Source: Takakia lepidozioides (taxonomy: Eukaryota > Plantae > Bryophyta). Taken from it: 64,000 nt of DNA. The DNA lies in contig CM060734.1 in assembly GCA_030704615.1 (NCBI GenBank), positions 14,198,001-14,262,000 on the forward strand, read 5' to 3'. Position numbers and translations under genes: made by a program. Positions 46,575-59,719 of this stretch are shown here, piece after piece (the stretch's first letter is position 1; the number at the start of each line of letters is the position of its first letter). A model generated the notes under the pieces. That model saw nothing but the letters and a program-made list of their open reading frames with translations, was not told the DNA's origin and did no database searches.

Positions 46575-48640
46575 AAAATTTAGTCATTTTCAGGAGTGTC
46601 ATTGGTACACATTAGCATGCTTTCACCTAGAGTGTTTATAGGATCTGTCTCTTCATGTGGTGCTTCTGGTTGAACAACAAACAGAAATGCGTCGGGAAGT
46701 TGATCCTCTACCTCCGTGGCTGGTTCTCCTGTAGTAATCCTTGACAGATGATCTGCTGTAACATGTAATCTCCCTGGTTTATGAACAACTTCAAAATCAT
46801 ACTCATGAAGAAGTAATAACCATCGAGCAACCCTGCCACTAGCTAGTGGTCGATTTGCTAAATGAACTAGAGCCTGATGATCAGCAATAAACTTAAAGCG
46901 ATTGCCAAGTAAATAATGCCGAAACTTTTGAACAACATAAATCATTGCCAATGCTTCCCTTTCTGTGGTGTTATAGTTCTTCTCGGCTGCTGTCAACAAT
47001 CTGCTTGCATAATAGATTGGTGAATCTATTGTGCTTGTCACATTCTGAGCTAGAACTGCTCCCAAAGCAATGCCTGATGCATCACTGTGTACATGAAATG
47101 GTAAATCCCATCTTGGATTTATCAGAATTGGTGCTGCTGTGAGTGCCTACTTGCCAAGGAGCCTGATGCTCAGGGAACGCCGCAGAAGGGAAAGAAGGCG
47201 GGCCGCAAACCAAAAGACAAGGCTCTTGATGTCATAGCCATCTCACCAGCAAAGCCAAAAGACAAAGACAAGTCCAAAGAGAAGGAAAAGGACAAGGGGA
47301 AGGAGAAAGAAAAGGAGATGGAGAGTGGGCAGGACTTCACTGCTGGAAGATATACCCGCATAGTTCAATGCGTGTTCGATGCCAAGCCACACCCTTCCCG
47401 TTCTGATTCGGCAGGAGAGATTAAAATTGTCAATGAGGGTTGGCTGTCGATGATGCAGAGTCGAAAGAGAGGATACACTGGGGTGCCTTCGCCTACCTGG
47501 GACAACATAATCTCATTCCTCAATCTCGTGAGAATTCCAGTTTCTTTCCTTTTTCTCTGAAAGTTTCATTGGCAGTATTTCAGTCTGGTTCTTTGAAAAC
47601 ATTCTTTCCATCGTTCTTAAAAAAAACATGTCTGTTGCAGGTGAGCACAGGTCCCACCTTCGTGTGCGGTGTGCAGAAAACATATGCGGCTAACATTGTC
47701 ATTCTCGACATCCCGGATGGCCAGGCTGTGCCAGAAGTTCTTCCAAAGGGCAAGACGTCAGGCTGGAACAAATTCGAGGACAACTACTGGAGTTGGGTGT
47801 TCAGGTTCTGTAATAATTTCCTCTCTGATGCAGGGACACTTCTGCTTTTTCAGTCATGTGACAAAGATAGTCGTCGGGCATTGGCATCATACCTGAAGTC
47901 TTCAAGGTTTGAAGTTTTGCGCACATGGAATTGTGTGAACAGCCTCTACCTTGTGAAAGGGGGTTTCCCTGGTCAGCTGGTATGCCGTCTCCCTTTCTTT
48001 GGATCCACCAGAATTCCCTGTTGGCACACAATGTGTCCCAACAATAATCCTGAATTCACACAAAATATATATTTATTCCGGGTTGAGACTTATTCCATTG
48101 TTTCTACAGGTTTGTAGGCAAAGTTTGAACTGTGCCAAGTGTTTGGATTTCTGTCCGAAGACACTGAAATCATCCAAAAATACCTGCATAAGATCGTTGA
48201 GATAATTCTTGAATATCTCATATACTGCTTGCTGAAACGTGGCTGGTGCGTTGCAAAGTCCAAATGGCATGACTTTGTAAGCATAGGCTCCCCATTCAGT
48301 GATGAATGCGGTCTTTTCTCGGTCTTCTTCTGCCATCTGCACCTGGTTGTACCCACTAAACCCGTCCATGAATGAGTACATCTCATGTTCGGCCACTGTA
48401 TCCAACACTATTTCGGTGAAAGGTAGTGGAAAGGGGTCTTTCTTGGTTCATGCGTTTAACTTGCGGTAGTCTACACATACTCGTAATTTTCCATTTTTCT
48501 TGGGTACTATCACAATGGGCGATAACCATTGTGGTGTATATGAATCCTGCATCCAGTAATTTCTTGATTTCTTCCCAAACTTTAGCTGCATAGTTGGGGT
48601 TCATTCTGTAACGGTTCTGACGATTGGTGGGCACATCAAC
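46575..48640 (-). pseudogene. Inverted RT-RNase H segment continuing element D, interrupted at 47149-47996
   Basis: RT reads RYRMNPNY...CVDYRKLN...YSFMDGFSGYNQ...FLDDFSVF (48000-48635). RNase H reads HSDASGIALGAVL...EREALA...ADHLSR (46580-47148). Confidence 0.9.
47149..47996 (+). pseudogene. Orphan genomic fragment of the ParB-methyltransferase gene containing the motif IV exon
   Basis: A Lys-rich exon is followed by intron 47529-47640 and then exon VSTGP...NIVILDIPDG...WNKFEDNYW...FLSDAGTLLLF...GGFPGQL with its GT donor. Positions 47778-47995 are near-identical to 20826-21042. Confidence 0.85.
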
Positions 48641-49342
48641 CCCATCCATCGGATGCTCGTACACCCTCTTGTACATCTCCAATTTTGCTCGTACACCACT
48701 AATTTTGAGTTTACGATACTAACTCGACTTCCGTTTGCCACCATTTGTTTTCCCCTCATCACATCAAATCCGGGTTTGGTGTGTTTGATGCCTACTTCAG
48801 TGCTGTAGATGCTCGTATAATTTTTAGGAGTTTATTTGATATATTTTTAATCTTAAAATAATTAGCAATAAATGATACACTATTTGTAAGAACTCATTTT
48901 GGCCTCAAATTCAAAATTGGAGGACCTTGTAGCCATTTCAAGGACATGACATTCTTCCTTTTTAGTAGCTAAATACTTTTGGTAAAAGAACTATGTTCAA
49001 ATTTTGAGGTTTAGTAGTACCAAAGTTTGGTGCCTCTAAGTTATGCATACTGCGTAGTAGAAAATTCCTATGATAATGGATTTTTTTGGTTTTGCAGGTC
49101 TACTGTCCTTTTTGCATTCTTCCATACCTTACACAAGCACATGAAAATCCCTGATAGGACCTTCACATGTTATGGGTGTGAAAATGAGTCCTAAAGGACT
49201 ACAACATTTTGGGACATTTGAACCTTGTGCTATTCAAGACTCCTTTAGGACCCCTTAAACTTGTCAAATCACAAAAAAAATTATATGGGCATGACAAGAA
49301 CTTTAAGGGCTTTCCAATGATATAATATCTCTATGGCTTCAG

Positions 49343-52300
49343 ATGCAGTCATTTGCTGCTCACCAAAGTTGCCCTGCTTGCCCAGCGCTTTCCCCTACCC
49401 AGGAGACTCATTTTCAACAGGTACTCACTGACATCAAGGTGGGTGCTCATCTTACCTCTGCCAAAAAACAAGATCCTCATTTGTTTATTCGCAACAATCT
49501 AGATGTGTTTAGCCACGACCCTCATGATCTTGGCAAGACTGACATTTTGCAGCATGATATAATCACTGAAGGATCCCCTGTCAAGCATCATGCATACATG
49601 GAGAGTGTTCATGAGTGCAAAATTATCCAAGAGGAAATCACCCACATGCTTGATGCCGGCGTGATCACCCCCTCTATTTCTCCATGGGCCAGGATGGCTC
49701 CACTCGATTCTGTGTTGACTTTCGCCGATTGAATGCTATTACTAAACGTGATGTGTACCCTCTTCCTCGCATTAATGAAACGCTAGATCAGCTCAACGGT
49801 GCCACGATTTTTTCATCCCTAGATCTGGCCGCTGGATTCTGGCAAGTTCCTCTCACTTCCTTTGCCAAAGAAAAGACTCCTTTTACATGCAGGATGGGTA
49901 TGTATCAGTTTGAGACTATGCCGTTTGGGCTTTGTAATGCCACTGCCATGTTTCAGCGGCTCATGGACGTAGGCAACCTCAGATGGGAATGTGCCCTTGT
50001 ATATATAGATGACATCAATGTTTACTCTACTACCTTCGAAGCTCATCTGTTGGACTTGCAGAGGGTGGTGTGCAGACTTCGTGCTGCCGGACTTAAAGTC
50101 AAAGCAAAGAAGTGTGATTATTATATGGAACAACTGCATTTTCTTGGTCATCTTCTTTCAGCTGCAGGCATGAGTCCTGATCCAAACAAAATTAGGGCTG
50201 TTTGGGAGTATCCCACCCCCAAGGACAAGCACTGCGTCAAGGCATTTCTTGGCTTAGGCTCATATTATCGCCGTTTCATCTTTCAATTTGCAAAGATTGT
50301 TGCTCCTTTGACTAGGCTTTTGTCTAAAGATGTGCGATTTGTTTGGGGCCTCGCTGAAACCTTTGCCTTTGAGAAACTCAAGATTGCCTTGACATCTGCC
50401 CCTGTTCTTGCTTACCCAGATTTCTCCTTACCCTTTCTATTATAGACTGATGCCAATGATTTGGCCATCTCTGCAGTCCTCAGCCAGGTTTATGATGGGC
50501 GGGAGCATGCGGTGGCTTATGCCTCTCGGCGCTTAAACAAACATGAACACAACTATTCCATAACTGACAAAGAAGACTTAGCAGTTATCTTTGGTGTGAA
50601 GTATTTTTGTCAATACCTTCATGGTTGCCCGTTTGTCATTGAAACTAATCACCTTCCCTTGAAGGCATTGCTTACTCCTCGGGAACTGACTGGGAGGTTG
50701 GCAAGGTGGGCTCTGATTTTACAGGCCTATGATTTCAAGATTACTTACAAGCGTGGCAAGGACAATGTTAATGCTGATGCCCTTACCCGAGGGGAAACCA
50801 AGCCAGCAGCCCCTTATACCAGTTTTGATGATTTACTTTTGGTTTCCTCCCCCATAGCCAAACATGCTTCAGCTTATATTGTTCCTGACCCATTGGCACT
50901 CTGTCACCTCTTGGATTTCCCATATGTCCCTGCTGATTTACTTGATGCTTGGAATCTAGCTCAATTTGATGTTCATTAAATTGCCACTGGTACTAGCCTG
51001 CATTAAGTGTTGCAGACCCCCACAGTTGGGGTCAGTCAGTCCCTTACCTACGTCTGGTTCATTTTTCTCCCATCTCTTACCTGTTTTCGTTTATAGACCA
51101 AGGGACTGAGCTGTTCATTAAGGCCTGCATGCACCTTCATGGGCAGCCTCTGGAAGGATGACAAGATTCATGAAGGGAAGAACACGGGAGGCGGTCACTT
51201 TCCATGTCACCTGCTCTGACCGTTGCTGTGTGGCCATGAAGGTTGTAAACATGGATGACCCACTTTACGAAGCTCTTCTCCATAGGTGCAAAGCCGGCAC
51301 CCACTTAAGTGACATATCCAAGCTACTTATGAGGCAAGTTAACTATCACTTACCTACCCACCGGGAAAGTGAAGGACGTTTGTTCAAAGTTGATGCTTTG
51401 GAAGGCCAATCTGTTGTGGAAGTCCCTCCTAGGTCCACTGTTCCTGCCTGGCTTGAGCTGTATCATGCATCTACTTACCCTGGTCATCTGGGGGTTGCTA
51501 AGACAGTCAAAAGATTACAAGAACAATATCATTGGAAGGGCTTGGTGAAGGATGTTTCAGCTTTCATTGCTAAATGTATTCCATGTTATGCTAAGACCAT
51601 CTTGCCTAGAACCGAAGCTCCATGACCATTACAACCTATCCTTGTTACTGAACCTTTTGCAAGGGTGGGCTTAGATTTAGTTGGACCCCTCAAACCCACG
51701 TCCAAAGGCCATGCTTACCTTGTTGTAGCCACGGATTACCTGGCGAAATGGGTTGAGCTCCGACCATTGGTTGCTAAGGACGGTGATGAAGTGGTCCAAT
51801 TTTTCTTTGATAAGGTGATCCTTCGGCACGGTTGTCCACTTGAGATCCTCATGGATCAAGGTACCGAGTTTTGCAACCAGCTCATGGAAATTGTCTTGTT
51901 CAATCTAAATATTATTCATGCGGCGACTGCTCCCTATAACCCCCAGTGCAATGGCTTGACTGAACGTTTTAACCAAACCATGTGTAGGATGTTGGAGAAA
52001 AATGGTACTTTAATCGACAAGTGGGACATGGCTGTTCCAATTCTGTTGTTTGTTTATCGCACTTCTATTCATGCTAGTACTAAGTTGTCCCATTTTGAGC
52101 TGTTGTATGGCAGGAAGTGCCGGTCCCCTTTGCATATCTCTTGGTTGCAGGTGTCGGCTACTGAGCCTGAAAACTAGGAGCAATTTTTGTTTACTCTGGA
52201 TGCTAAACGCCGGCAGCTCCAAGAGACTGCCGAGTCCAACATCCAGTTTGCACAGGCATCTCAGGCTAAGCAACCGTAAGGTTGTTTATTTTGAGTCTTT

Positions 52301-52470
52301 TAAAATAGGGCAATCTGTTGGTGTCAGATTACAATTAGGGAAGCAGGTTTCTAAGGCTAAACGCCACATCGATGGCCCTTACCTCATCACTGAAATTCTG
52401 CCAGGTAGACAGTATGTACTTATTCCACAACACTCTTCAACTCCTAATCTGGCTAGTTCGGTTCATGTGT
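49343..52470 (+). pseudogene. Degenerate Ty3/gypsy pol (RT, RNase H, integrase), truncated at both ends
   Basis: Motifs: [52 protein letters not shown]...CIPC, GLDLVGPL, NGLTERFN, GPY. Confidence 0.92.
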
Positions 52471-53157
52471 TGTAGAATAATAGAAAATTCTTTATGAAGT
52501 AGCATTTAGAATTGGAGTGCAAATGAACAAGAATTGGATGTGAAATTGCACTATGAGGTTCGATAATTTGATAGAATTGGGTAGGATGCTAGAACGGAAG
52601 TAAATTCAGATAATGGGGATCATAATTGGTAGGAATGGGGTTATTAGGATAGATGTTAGCCCATTGAATCAGTGCTAGGTAATTATGGTAGTTAGAGTAG
52701 GACACTATGAGTTCAGCTGAATCGATGTATTCATGGTCATTCGAGCGAGAGTGCCGAGGCCCTAGCACATGATATGCTAGTTTGTCGTTTTCAGTAGCTT
52801 AAGTAAGAGATAAGAAGAATATGAGTAGTGTAATGAGACAAAGATCTGATGAAATACTCTGTAAGCTTCATGTTAATGTGATGAGATGTTGGAGTTTAAT
52901 GAGAAGAATTTTGTGTGAAACAAAAAGATGAGGATTATTTGATAAAGTGTGCAGATCAATACGAGAGGAATTTAATTGAGATGAATATTAAGACATTTAT
53001 TGTTGGGAGACAATTAGAAGTAGATATAGTGTTATAATCACGACATAGCAATTCAATTGTATGCTTTCCCCAGCGAACGAACTCTAGACTGATTTATCCT
53101 TTTCTTTAGGGTTGATTATAGTTTTATTCTACATCTTTTTGGCGCCGCTGCCGGGGA
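52471..53157 (+). mobile_element. 5' LTR (52471-53133) plus tRNA-Asp-type PBS of an Athila-like element
   Basis: The terminal 10-bp inverted repeat TGTAGAATAA...TTATTCTACA is followed by TGGCGCCGCTGCCGGGGA at 53140-53157. Degenerate coiled-coil ORFs follow (53364-53570, 55746-56593). No second LTR is in the window. Confidence 0.8.
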
Positions 53158-56100
53158 AAGGCCAATCGAGTGGGCTATTTTGGAACATTATATTATTGGT
53201 AAAAGAAACGTTGGATCAAAAGAGAAACTGAATTATGAAGCTTGTGAGGTTAGGGCTTTAAAAAAAAAAATTGTCGGGGATTTTGTGCTTTTAGACTTTT
53301 GTTTTTCTTTGGTTTCAATTTTTCAATTTTCTTGGATGTGAAACAATTACATACCAATTCGAGATGGAGCAATTTGTTCCTACAACCCCTAGGGAAGCAT
53401 ATCTTTATAATTATTATGTGAACTTTCAGAGTGTGATTCAGCAAGTTCAAGAAGAGAATTGTGGCCTTCATAGTGAAGTTAGTAGGTTGCGAGAGGAAAA
53501 CTTAAATCTTTCACGGTCTGTAGAGGCAAATTCCTGGATGACACCTATTGAGACAGATCTTGCACTTTGAATTGGTTATTTAGGCATTGATATTTTGAAT
53601 TTGGAGGCCAAACTCAAAGAGTTGGAGGAAAGGTTTTTGGGCCAACGATAAATTAGGATGGTTGGTTATGCCTTGGTATGTAAGCTGACCAAAAAATACA
53701 GACTGAATGACATGGCATGTCATGAATGGCACTTTTTAGCATGCCGAACAACGGTTTCCTGCTATGAACAGTGGTAATCGAGTCTCTAATTTTTCCCACC
53801 CCCCCCCCCCCCCCCCACCCAGAGACTTCGTTGACTTTGAAGTCTGGGATTTGTCATAAAGCTGACTTGTGAATGAAGAATGGTTGATAATGAGGCCGAT
53901 TTGTCGTTCATTTTACAATGACCTTGTCAGGTCTTTGTCCATGTCTCGACGAGACATAAGTATCTTCCCTCTCTGATTTAGACCAGTGTACTTGGTGGTT
54001 CTTGTACACATTATCAACCAATCTCCCTTCTGTTTTTCAGTTTTATGTTTGATTTACTAACACCTTGGTCTGAGCATGACAAAAGGTTATCAAATATGTT
54101 CCTGATTGAAGTGATGAACCCAAGGCAATGGGAAGGCCAAAGCCATGAGATATCAGCCTCCTCTCCCGCCATGACCACGGTGTGGAGCAAGCAAGTCCTT
54201 CATAAGGTAAGATCTTCTCCAGCAAAAATATGTTGGCTAATTGGGCATGGAGAGTAAGGCATCCTTGAAGGTACCTGAGATAAGCATAGAACATCTATAG
54301 GGCTTATGAATGCTGAAATTTTGAGCTAGGCCTCGGTAAGACAGCTTGCTGGAGTAGACGTGTACACCTAATACGTGATCCGGTCAATGCACATTACTCT
54401 TGTTTGCCGGTCCCCTGTAGCCGATGCCTTATGTCAGATTTAGATACCTTACGATAAGAATGAGTTCCATTTCTTTGGCTCAAATGTTTCTATGTTTCTC
54501 CTGGTTATGGCTTTGCTCTTTATAGCACCATAAAAAAATACCCAATTATGATATGCTGCTGGTAGATGTTTTGTCTGAATATAACCAGGTGGTAAACCCC
54601 TGCCAGACTTCATTACCTAAGTCCCAATACCTGCCCCCTTTGGTTTTGTACACATGTTTTACCCAAAACAAGGGGTGGGTAAACACTAAAAGTTTGATAT
54701 AAGATTTCCCGATTGTTACTTTATGACAATCATTAGGGCGACTATCTCTTGTTCCCTATGGCATACTGATGTGACAATGGAGCAATGATATGACAAGCTG
54801 ATGGCTTTAAAGAATTTATCTGGTAACATGCTACAATGTAGGGCAGACCTGTTTTCATGACCAGACAGTGTTCTTGAATGTACAAGCATTGGAAACTTAG
54901 CCTCTTTTAGAAGCCGGTTACTCTAGGACACTTGATACCATGCCAAACTGATATGGATGGATCTTTTGTGGCCAAATCTGGTCCTTGGTTATATGCCCTT
55001 GAATGTTTACCTATTTTCCAAAACGGTAAGACATTGGTAGATGCGAAGAGAATGATTCAGGCATTGTATTCAAGTCGCTTTAGGATAAATAATACCAAAG
55101 TAACCTGCAGGCCTGATGGGATGAGCAATTCCGATTCTTTGTGTTTCCTATGGATGATTGCATGGCATGCAAATCTGATTACAGCCTGTTATGGTAATGA
55201 TTTCCCTACCCCAGACATAGAACTTGGTCTTGGGGCATGGAATAAGAGGTGGGAATATTACTCTACCCTGTCATTGAAATTACACACCAGCCCCAGATCT
55301 AAAACAGATCAGGGGGCAAAAAACATGGTGTCAATAAGTGACTTGATGTGCAAAATAGGGCAGCTGATTACCCCCTGTTGTATAAGCTGCCAAATATCAG
55401 TCCGTAACCTTGCTTTGGTGATGTTCTTTATGTAAAGAAATGCTCTTATTTTGTTCTTAAGCCTTCTATGATCATAAATGGCTTCTTTAAGACAAACAGA
55501 CATTTCCAGCCATGAACAGTGATCAATGGATCTTTATTTGGACATGGATACTTACTGCTCAGTCACTTTGGTATGTCCCATGATACAAAGAACCCAAAAC
55601 TATACTAGTTTTTGGGCCAACGATAAATTAGGATGGTTGGTTAGGCCTTGGTATGTAAGCTGACCAAAAAATACAGACTGAATGACATGGCATGTCATGA
55701 ATGGCACTTTTTAGCATGCCGAACAACGGTTTCCTGCTATGAACAGTGGTAATCGAGTCTCTAATTTTTCCCACCACCCCCCCCCCCCCCCCCCCCCCCA
55801 GAGACTTCGTTGACTTTGATGATCTGACTGTTCAATTGAATTTGGCTCAAATGACAAATTTGGAAGAGATCCGGGCAAAAGATTTTGAGGCCGAAGCTTT
55901 GCTGCAAGAAATGAGGAGCATTTTCAAAGTGAGATTTCGACCTTGAAGGCAAAGTTAGATACAATCTCAATCAAGAAGGAGAAATCATTACCGGATAATG
56001 AAATTTTGTAAGAAGAAAATCAACTCTTATACATGAAGGTGCAATTTCTTGATGATCAAGTTGCCACTCTCTTATCTGAGAAAGTAAGTTTTGAGCAAGA

Positions 56101-56864
56101 TAAAGCAATGGCTATTCAACAACGTAAAGAAATTGCTTTGGAGGTCGTGCAAATAAGGGACCAATTCACTCAATTGAGGAATTTGCAAGAAAACACAAAT
56201 TTTGAGGCAAAGCTAAATTCTTGCAATTATCAAAAATCGCAAATTTCTTTGGAGGAGATCAATTTGGATGTGTGTTCAAATTTTGATACATTGAAGGCCA
56301 TTGAGGAAAACTCAAGTTGGAATGGTGATTGTGACAAATTGCTTCAATTGTGCTTACAAACAATAATGCAAGTGTATTACCATGGAGGTGATGATATTTT
56401 CATTTCTTTGGAAATTGGTACAATTGTGAAAGTCATGACCACAAATAAGACCAAGAAAATGGTTAATAATTATCCCATGATTGAAGAACAATTGGACCTT
56501 TTGGATGGATATAAGGCCAATATTGCCAAAGTGATGATAGTGAATAATTTACAACCAATTGATCTATCTAAGAGCATCATTGATTGTGAATGACTATGTG
56601 TTATAAATCAGCCAAAAAAGTTAGAAGCTAATTTTTTCCAACAGACTTTCATTATGAGACTTTTTCCAAGAGTTTCTAATTTCTTTTTACAGATGGTATT
56701 TCAATTTGGGAAATTGAGAACCAAGATAATTTGGACAATTATAAAGTTTCAATGGGAAATCAAGATTTTGGTGGACTATCCGAGTCTATTGGATGCACAA
56801 TTGGTGAAGCAACCCGATCCATCGATTGGGCAATTGAAGAAAGAGCTTAGCTGGTTTCATGTAT

Positions 56865-58715
56865 TTGGATGGGCAACCATCCGTTCCGTTCACCCGTTGA
56901 ATGAATTCCCTTGGATCTGCTATTACTCTGGGATCTACTCGACTGCGTTGCGCGTGCTCATGATTCTTTTCTCATTCTGTTCATGAACTATATGCGTAAT
57001 GACTCTATATGCAACGTGCGTGCCAAATTTGGGAGGGATACAAAATTCATTTGAACTGATAACCACAATTTCTTCCCTGTTTTGCACTCCAAACTTGATT
57101 TGTGTTCTACTTTGTGCACTCTTCATAAAGAGTTCTGCAATATTGAGCGAAGACAACAATTTTTTCTTGAATCCCTTTTTATTGGTCCAAATTATGGCAG
57201 GGATGTAGCGGTGGGAGGTTTGAAGCCGCAGAACAAAATTGAGCCAAAAATAAAATCGATACGTGGCAGAAACCCCCAATGAAAAGACAGTGTTGACCTA
57301 ATTACTGGCTTCAAATTCATTTAAAATCGATTAAATTCTCGAATGGGTTGAGGGCTCAGCGCGTCGATGGGGATGCAAATGATTTTGTCTTCTGTTGTGT
57401 CTCTGCACATGTGCCGCACACATGTTGAAGCACATGCTGGCAAAAGATGGGCTTTAACCACATCCGTTCAATGGGTGCAATAGTCGTGCACACATTGCAT
57501 GATTTCTTTTTCGCAATGAACAAAAACTGCATGACAGGTGAACGCCTCATTGGCCCATTGAACGAATTTCGATTGATCTCGTATTGCTCTGGGACCTGTC
57601 CGATGGTATGTTGAACATGCTGGCCAAGTCTCGAAGCAAACGAAAATCATTTGGATGGGCAACCATCCGTTTGGCCCATTGAACGAATTTCGTTTCATCT
57701 CATATTACTCTGGGACCTCTTAGATGGTACACTGAACATACATGCCAAGTCTCAAAGGGAACCAAAATCATTTCGATGGGCAACCATCCGTTCAGCCATC
57801 GTATGAATTTACACATGGACCTGTTGGGCTACGTTTCGCGTGCTCCCGATTTTTTTTTCATTCTGTTTCTGAACCGTATGAGTGGGTATAAAATCGATAC
57901 GTGGGAGAAACCCCCAATGAAAAGACAATCTGCTATTACACAGGGACCTGTTGGACTCCGTTTCGCGTGCTCCTGTTTTTTTTTTTTCATTCTGTTTCTG
58001 AACCGTATGTGTAATGACTCAATATGCAACGCGCGTGCCAAATTCGGGAAGGAAACAAAATTCGTTTGGACCGAGAACACAGTTTCTTCCCTGTTTTGCA
58101 CTCCAAACTTGATTTGTGTTCTACTTCGTGCACTCTTCATAAAGAGTTCTGCAATAGCGAGCGAAGATGTCCAACACTCTTATCTTGGATCATTTTTTAT
58201 TGGTCCAAATTCTGGCAGGGATGTAGCGGTGGGAGGTTTGAAGCCGCAGAACAAAATTGAGCCAAAAATAAAATCGATACGTGGCAGAAACCCCCAATGA
58301 AAAGACAGTGTTGACCTAATTACTGGCTTCAAATTCATTTAAAATCGATTAAATTCTCGAATGGGTTGAGGGCTGAGCGCGTCGATGGGGAGGCAAATGA
58401 TTTTGTCTTCTGTTGTGTCTCTGCACATGTGCCGTACACATGTTGATGCACATGCTGGCAAAAGATGGGCTTTAACCACATCCGTTCAATGGGTGCAATA
58501 GCCGTGCACGCATTGCAGGATTTCTTTTTCGCAATAAACCAAAATTGGATGACAGGTGAACGCCTCATTGGCCCATTGAAAGAATTTCGATTGATCTCGT
58601 ATTGCTCTGGGACCTGTCAGATGGTACATTGAACATGCTGGCCAAATCTCGGAGCGAACGAAAATCATTTGGATGGGCAACCATCCGTTGCGTTCACCCG
58701 TTGAATGAATTCCCT
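56865..58715. repeat. Tandem repeat, ~1018-bp period (~1.8 units), with GGATGG-GCAA-CCATCC hairpin motif
   Basis: Positions ~56990-57680 match ~58008-58700. The motif occurs at 56867, 57653, ~57775 and 58671. Confidence 0.85.
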
Positions 58716-59700
58716 ATTTTTTAGGTATCCGGTTTGCTCAGGTCTGATGAGCTTGGACAACATGGGCTGCAGGCGCATTGCTAATGCCTTAGCAATTATT
58801 TTGTATGTAGAGTTCAAAAGCGTGATAGGCCTGTAGTTTGATGAGCTCTCCTTATTACCTTTCTTGCAGATGAGGGTCATGACCCCTTGCGATAGCTGCG
58901 ATGGCATGATCCCATTTTCCAGAATGTCTGAAGCCATGCGCAAAAAATCTTCACTCAAGGTATCCCAAAGGGCCAGGAAGAATTCCACTGGGCTCAGAAT
59001 TTTGTGTGGCCTCGTCGTAATGAGGATGGTTAGGTGATGGGGCCACCATCTCATTAACATAGGAGCAAACTACCTTCATGCGCTGAGGACTTAGAATTTT
59101 TTTGGCATATGAAATTTACAACTACCTCCATGCAGGTAGTTGTAGGTATTTCTACATGCAGGTAGTTGCAAAACCAAGCTGAATGAGAGTAGTTACAAAC
59201 CATCTCCATGGAGGTAGTCATAATCAGCGCCGGACACCATAACCCCGTTTGGGGAATGGAACCCCAGTCCTGCGCAGCTTCATCATTATCGACGTACCAC
59301 CAGATCACAACCTCCATCTCGCTGGAAAGCTGACGTTTTTTCCATATATAAGAGAAACAGGGCAATAGGGATCATTTTGATGTAGCGTGGCCCGCTGTCA
59401 GGTCGCTGTCCCCTCTGCACTGTGCGGCCTCATTACGACGAGGCCACACAAAATTCAGAGGCATTCCACTGGCAGCCCATCAAGCCTGGGGGTTTGGAGG
59501 GGACCAACATTTTAGCAGCTTGCAGCAGCTCCAATGTGGTGAAGGGGGAGGAAAGGGACTCCTGATCCGTGGGGGTAAGGATTGCAGCATAAGAGGCAAG
59601 CACTTCCTCTCTAAATTCAGCAGCTGAGGGGGCATCAACAGGTTTAGCAAAAAGGTTACCAAAGTGTCTGGCAGCTGCCGCAGCCATTTGCTGTTCTCCG
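58716..59700 (-). pseudogene. L1-type LINE ORF2 pieces (linker and RT N-terminus) separated by a ~440-bp insert
   Basis: SPFTTLELLQAAKML..SKPPGL (59440-59700) and PVEFFLALWD...YRPITLLNSTYKIIAKALA.RL...EQTGY (58716-58995). Confidence 0.85.
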
Positions 59701-59719
59701 CCATCGCTTGCTCGCCTAT

